Part shown: one piece after another, positions 60,313 to 64,000 of the stretch
How positions within the stretch are numbered: position 1 is the first letter of the stretch
How the letters are laid out: every line of letters starts with the position of its first letter
DNA from: Octopus vulgaris
Taxonomy: Eukaryota
Reading direction: 5' to 3'
DNA length: 64,000 nucleotides
Assembly (NCBI GenBank): GCA_951406725.2
Contig: OX597819.1
Location: forward strand, 134,106,001-134,170,000
Translations under genes and position numbers: made by a program
The notes under the pieces: generated by a model
What the model saw: only the letters and a program-made list of their open reading frames with translations
What the model was told of the DNA's origin: nothing
Databases searched by the model: none

Positions 60313-60835
60313 AAGATGGCGAGCTAGCAGAATCGTGAGAACGCTGGACGAAATGCTTAACGGTATTTCGCCCGTCTGTCCTTGTCTGTCCTTGTTTGTC
60401 CTCTCTGTGTTTAGCCCCTTGTGGGTAGTAAAGAAATAGGTATTTCGCCGGTCGCTACGTTCCGGATTCAAATACCGCCGAGATCGACTTTGCCTTTCAT
60501 CCTTTTGAGATCGATAAAATGAGTACCGTTTGAACACTGGGGTCAATGTAATCGACCAGCCCCCTCCCCTAAAATTTTAGACCTTGTGCCTTTAGTAGAA
60601 AGGATTATTATTATTATTATTATTATTGTTGTTCGGTAGATTGACAGAATCGTTGGAGCGTTGACAAAACCGCGTCGTATTTTCCCAGCTCTTTAAGTTC
60701 TCTGTTCAAATCGTGCTGCAGTCGATTTTGCCTTCTATTTCTCCGGGGTTGATGAAATAATCTACCGTCAAGTACTGAAGATAATGATGTCCACTAACTC
60801 CCTATCGAGAATTTCAAGCTATCTGCTTCTGCTAT
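60313..60835 (+). mobile_element. Family-B SINE (60313-60605) holding a Tx1-tail insertion with 11-bp TSD, followed by an older copy (about 60634-60835)
   Basis: GGTATTTCGCC is duplicated at 60362-60372 and 60439-60449 around CGTCTGTCCTTG..GTAAAGAAATA. Confidence 0.85.
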
Positions 60836-60839
60836 AAAC

Positions 60840-62030
60840 TATTATACTCTTGTGGTTGTCTTTATGCAAAAGCTACTCCCTTCCAGTCAAATTAGCAGGG
60901 ATGTCATTCTGGGCTTTGATGGGAAGAAGTCAACTCAAATTTAAGTAAACTTTCTCAGGATTTATGTAGAATACAGGATTGAATTTTTCAATAATGCAAA
61001 AATACCCGCCTCAAGTCGAAAAACCTTCAGCTTCTTAGCATTTTGGGTGTTTTGCTAAATGCACCACTTACCACAGAAACAATAGTCATCTTCGGCTTCC
61101 ACGCATGCTCTTCATCTCTCTCTCTCTATCTATCTATCTCTCTCTCTCTCTGGCTAGGTCTTGATTCTTCTGAATTTTCTCTATTTCTTGGTCACGTGAT
61201 CGACCAGAATATCGGATGTTGCTATATATCGCTGGCCGCAATCCGCTTTGCACCGTTTAGCTTCTGAATGATGCCACCTCGCTGGCTGGGCGAGCAGGCA
61301 AACATTCCCCCTGACCAGAAGGCTAATCTGTCGCAGGGTTATCTATTTCCAGTTGAGTGGACTGGAGTAACGTGAAATAAAGGGGTTTGCTCAAGACCAT
61401 AACGCGACGCTCGGTCCGAAAATCGAACCAGCGAATGTGAGTGCAACACCCTAGCCACTGGTGTCCGCTCTATTATCACACGACATCGCAGAGTCAACAA
61501 TCTTGTACTATTTGTTGTTTCTGTATTCCACGAAATTTGGTCTCCTTCAATATTAGAATCAATTTCTAAGACACTCGTAAGTATTATGATCAGTTTCTAT
61601 GGAGAAATTACATAAAATCTAATTATCATTCGCCCCACCAGCTTCAAGAACGTGTTCATACCACTTTTCCGCTACTTCAAATTCTTCCCAATGTACTCTT
61701 TTATCAGCATAATTATGCCTGCGTTTGTACTCTTTTTGTGCTACTTAATTGCACTCACTTAAAAGATGTTTAATACTTTCGTCCCCTTTTCCACACATTT
61801 TGTGTTTGTTGTTTGAATAAGTCCTATGAATCTTTGTCTTCATCAAATTCTTCAACAAACTTTTCTTGAGCCGCTGCACTCAGTGATTCAGTTTCTTGCT
61901 TCAGATTTTTAGTCGCAACCTTCGTTCATTACTTCCGGCATCCTTGTTTTGTAGCTTGATTTAGCCAAGTAGTTCCCATTTCCAGCAATTGATTCAGTAG
62001 TTCATTTTAGTTTTGAAATTTCTTATTGTT
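60840..62030 (-). mobile_element. Decayed 3' part of an R4/Dong LINE (CCHC knuckle and restriction-like endonuclease)
   Basis: LKQETESLSAAAQE, KMCGKGDESIKHLLSEC..AQKEYKRRHN..VHW..KWYEH, EKIQKNQDL, W..KMTIVSVVSGAF; ATT/TAA-rich flanks. Confidence 0.8.
61255..61461 (-). mobile_element. SINE (family C, V/Meta-domain-like) inserted in the R4/Dong remnant
   Basis: Minus strand: AGTGGCTAGGGTG..GGTTCGATTTTC B-box, TCTTGAGCAA..CTCCAGTCCACTCAACTGG, CCCTGCGACAGATTAGC..TCAGGGGG. Confidence 0.7.
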
Positions 62031-64000
62031 TCATTTATTTCTCTGATATTATTATTATCATTATTATGATGATGATTATTATTATTATCGGTCATCTTCT
62101 TTCAAACTGGATACTAATTTCCTGTCATGATTAGCATTGTACAATTTGTAAAATTGCTTTAAAGATTTTAGTTATTTATATATTTTATGACTGGCAAAAG
62201 AACCATCGTCTGTTAAGATTTATATCAGAAGTTCATTCGTTTTGATCACTCTTCATTTGACGACCTAATAAAATTCCTTGACTCTCTAATAAAATTCACT
62301 TCAATTAACCTATTGATTACAACTTCAGTCATTTCCAATTGATCATGTGAAATTACGCTCTTTTCATCATAACAACAGTGAAATGAAAGCTTAATTCTCC
62401 AGTGTTTCTTCACTTTCTAATTCAAAATTAAACTTTAATTACACCTAAATTTCGTTCTTCAAAAGTAGATACTATACTTCTACATAGCATCATTTACAAA
62501 TGACATTTAATTTTCCCGATTTTCCAATTAGCTCAACTCTCAGACATCGCCTTCCAACCTTTTGTCACACAATTACTCTCATGGCTTTACTAAAAGATAT
62601 GTCCAGCATTGCATTGTAAATTTCCCCAAACAAGCTGATAAAGTCTGCGAACAAACTGAAAAGCTGTTAGGGACTTGTATAACAAGTAAATGTGTGCTAC
62701 TAACTTGTAATGTTTAAAATTTCCAAAACTAAATCGATTGTAAGTTAATATACATTGAACTTCTGTCATGCGGCAGGTTCTAAACGTCTTTGAGATATTT
62801 TAATTTATATATTCCAGAAGTGAGATAACTAGAGTTTATCCTCCAACCACGCCTAAAATATCAATATATCACAATAATATATCTTTACTAAATTTAACAT
62901 CACACGAGTCTGTAATTAGATGAATAATGTAAGAGATCGAGAATTTTGATAAATAGTTTATTAGACTGATTTAATAAATTTTGGACTTATTGCAGCTTTG
63001 ACTGATTTAAACTGCCATTTTTTAAGATGTTATCCCACAGAAGAGCAATAAGAGCATGGTTATTCTTTTTTATGTGACATCTCAAATAATATTTTAGAAA
63101 AAAATCATCCTTTCGGAATCTGTATTAACGTGTAAAAGAATATATTAATAAGAAACACATTCTCTAACCTTGGCTTCTTCCATTTGTACGTTTAGGTCAG
63201 TTAAGTGGAAAGCAAGCTTTCCTCCGGCTGTCGCTCCTGGAACAATTATTACTCCACAAGTTAGAGGCACTGCTGAAAATGTTTCCTAGATTTCGTTTCC
63301 CTCTCTTTATAGTATCTCTTCAATTGACTACTCTCGTTTACTCTCTTTTATATTTATCTTTTCAATAAATGTTAACATTGAGCTAAGTGTAATAAAATAT
63401 ATTTATTTAAAAGAAAATCTTTTCCACTCATTTACACAAATAAGTGCTGTAAAAAACACTATTTTAAATTATATTTAGAGTAAACAGTAGATTGCGTTGG
63501 ACACTTGTTTCAACCATACTTCAACAAGAGGTGAATGGTATACTACTCTCGACAATGTTTCAAAGCAAGTGTTTCAATTTTAGTTCGTTATTTATTCAAT
63601 AAAGATTTTTTTTTCAATTTATCGATGACCCAACTGAACCAGAGTAACCGCTTAAAATACTTGATTTAATTTTGATTTTATTTAATTATTTCTAATTTCA
63701 TTTTTTAAATTTGGAATCACGCTAATTAGTGCTCGTAGAGACATAAAATATTTTCTCTTAGGTCATTAGTGATATTAATCTCTGAACTCTGAAAAGTATA
63801 AATATTTTTTATAAAGTTTTCACAGAAGGAAGACATTTTTTTCTCAAGTAACTCAGAAGTAACAGTAACTAGGTCAGTAATTCTTTTTTGTTTAGCGACC
63901 CTCTCAAATACTTTTAAAAGCTAAAGATCCCTTATAACTCTCTCTAATTTTTCTAAATGCTAACTCTCCCTTAAATTTGATTGTAGTTAATGACACATTA

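Overview
Eukaryotic, AT-rich, repeat-saturated DNA with no recognisable host gene exon, tRNA or rRNA gene, or CRISPR array. The SINE families and dense (TA)n, (GT)n and (ATT)n tracts suggest a coleoid cephalopod, probably Octopus (inference from recalled repeat families). Retroelements: a young, nearly intact CR1-clade LINE (9205-13274, minus), two decayed R4/Dong LINEs, a Tx1-clade LINE split by a full-length mariner, and RTE and L2/CR1-like remnants. DNA elements: several mariner and DD37D remnants, Helitron pieces and MITEs. There are about 25 tRNA-derived SINE copies. Three observations stand out. (1) Several distinct short, mostly fold-back elements beside (TA)n or (AAT)n tracts carry minimal type-I hammerhead ribozyme motifs, as in Penelope pLTRs. 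One fuses a Pol III tRNA-like head to a hammerhead tail, and one family has a shared A6U core variant. (2) A SINE subfamily shares its 3' end with the Tx1 LINE, makes long TSDs, and is found twice at the same GGTATTTC site inside other SINEs. (3) The CR1 ORF2 has no AUG ahead of the endonuclease and overlaps ORF1 by about 230 nt in the -1 frame, with two in-phase canonical slippery heptamers. All calls were made by eye; boundaries of decayed elements are approximate.
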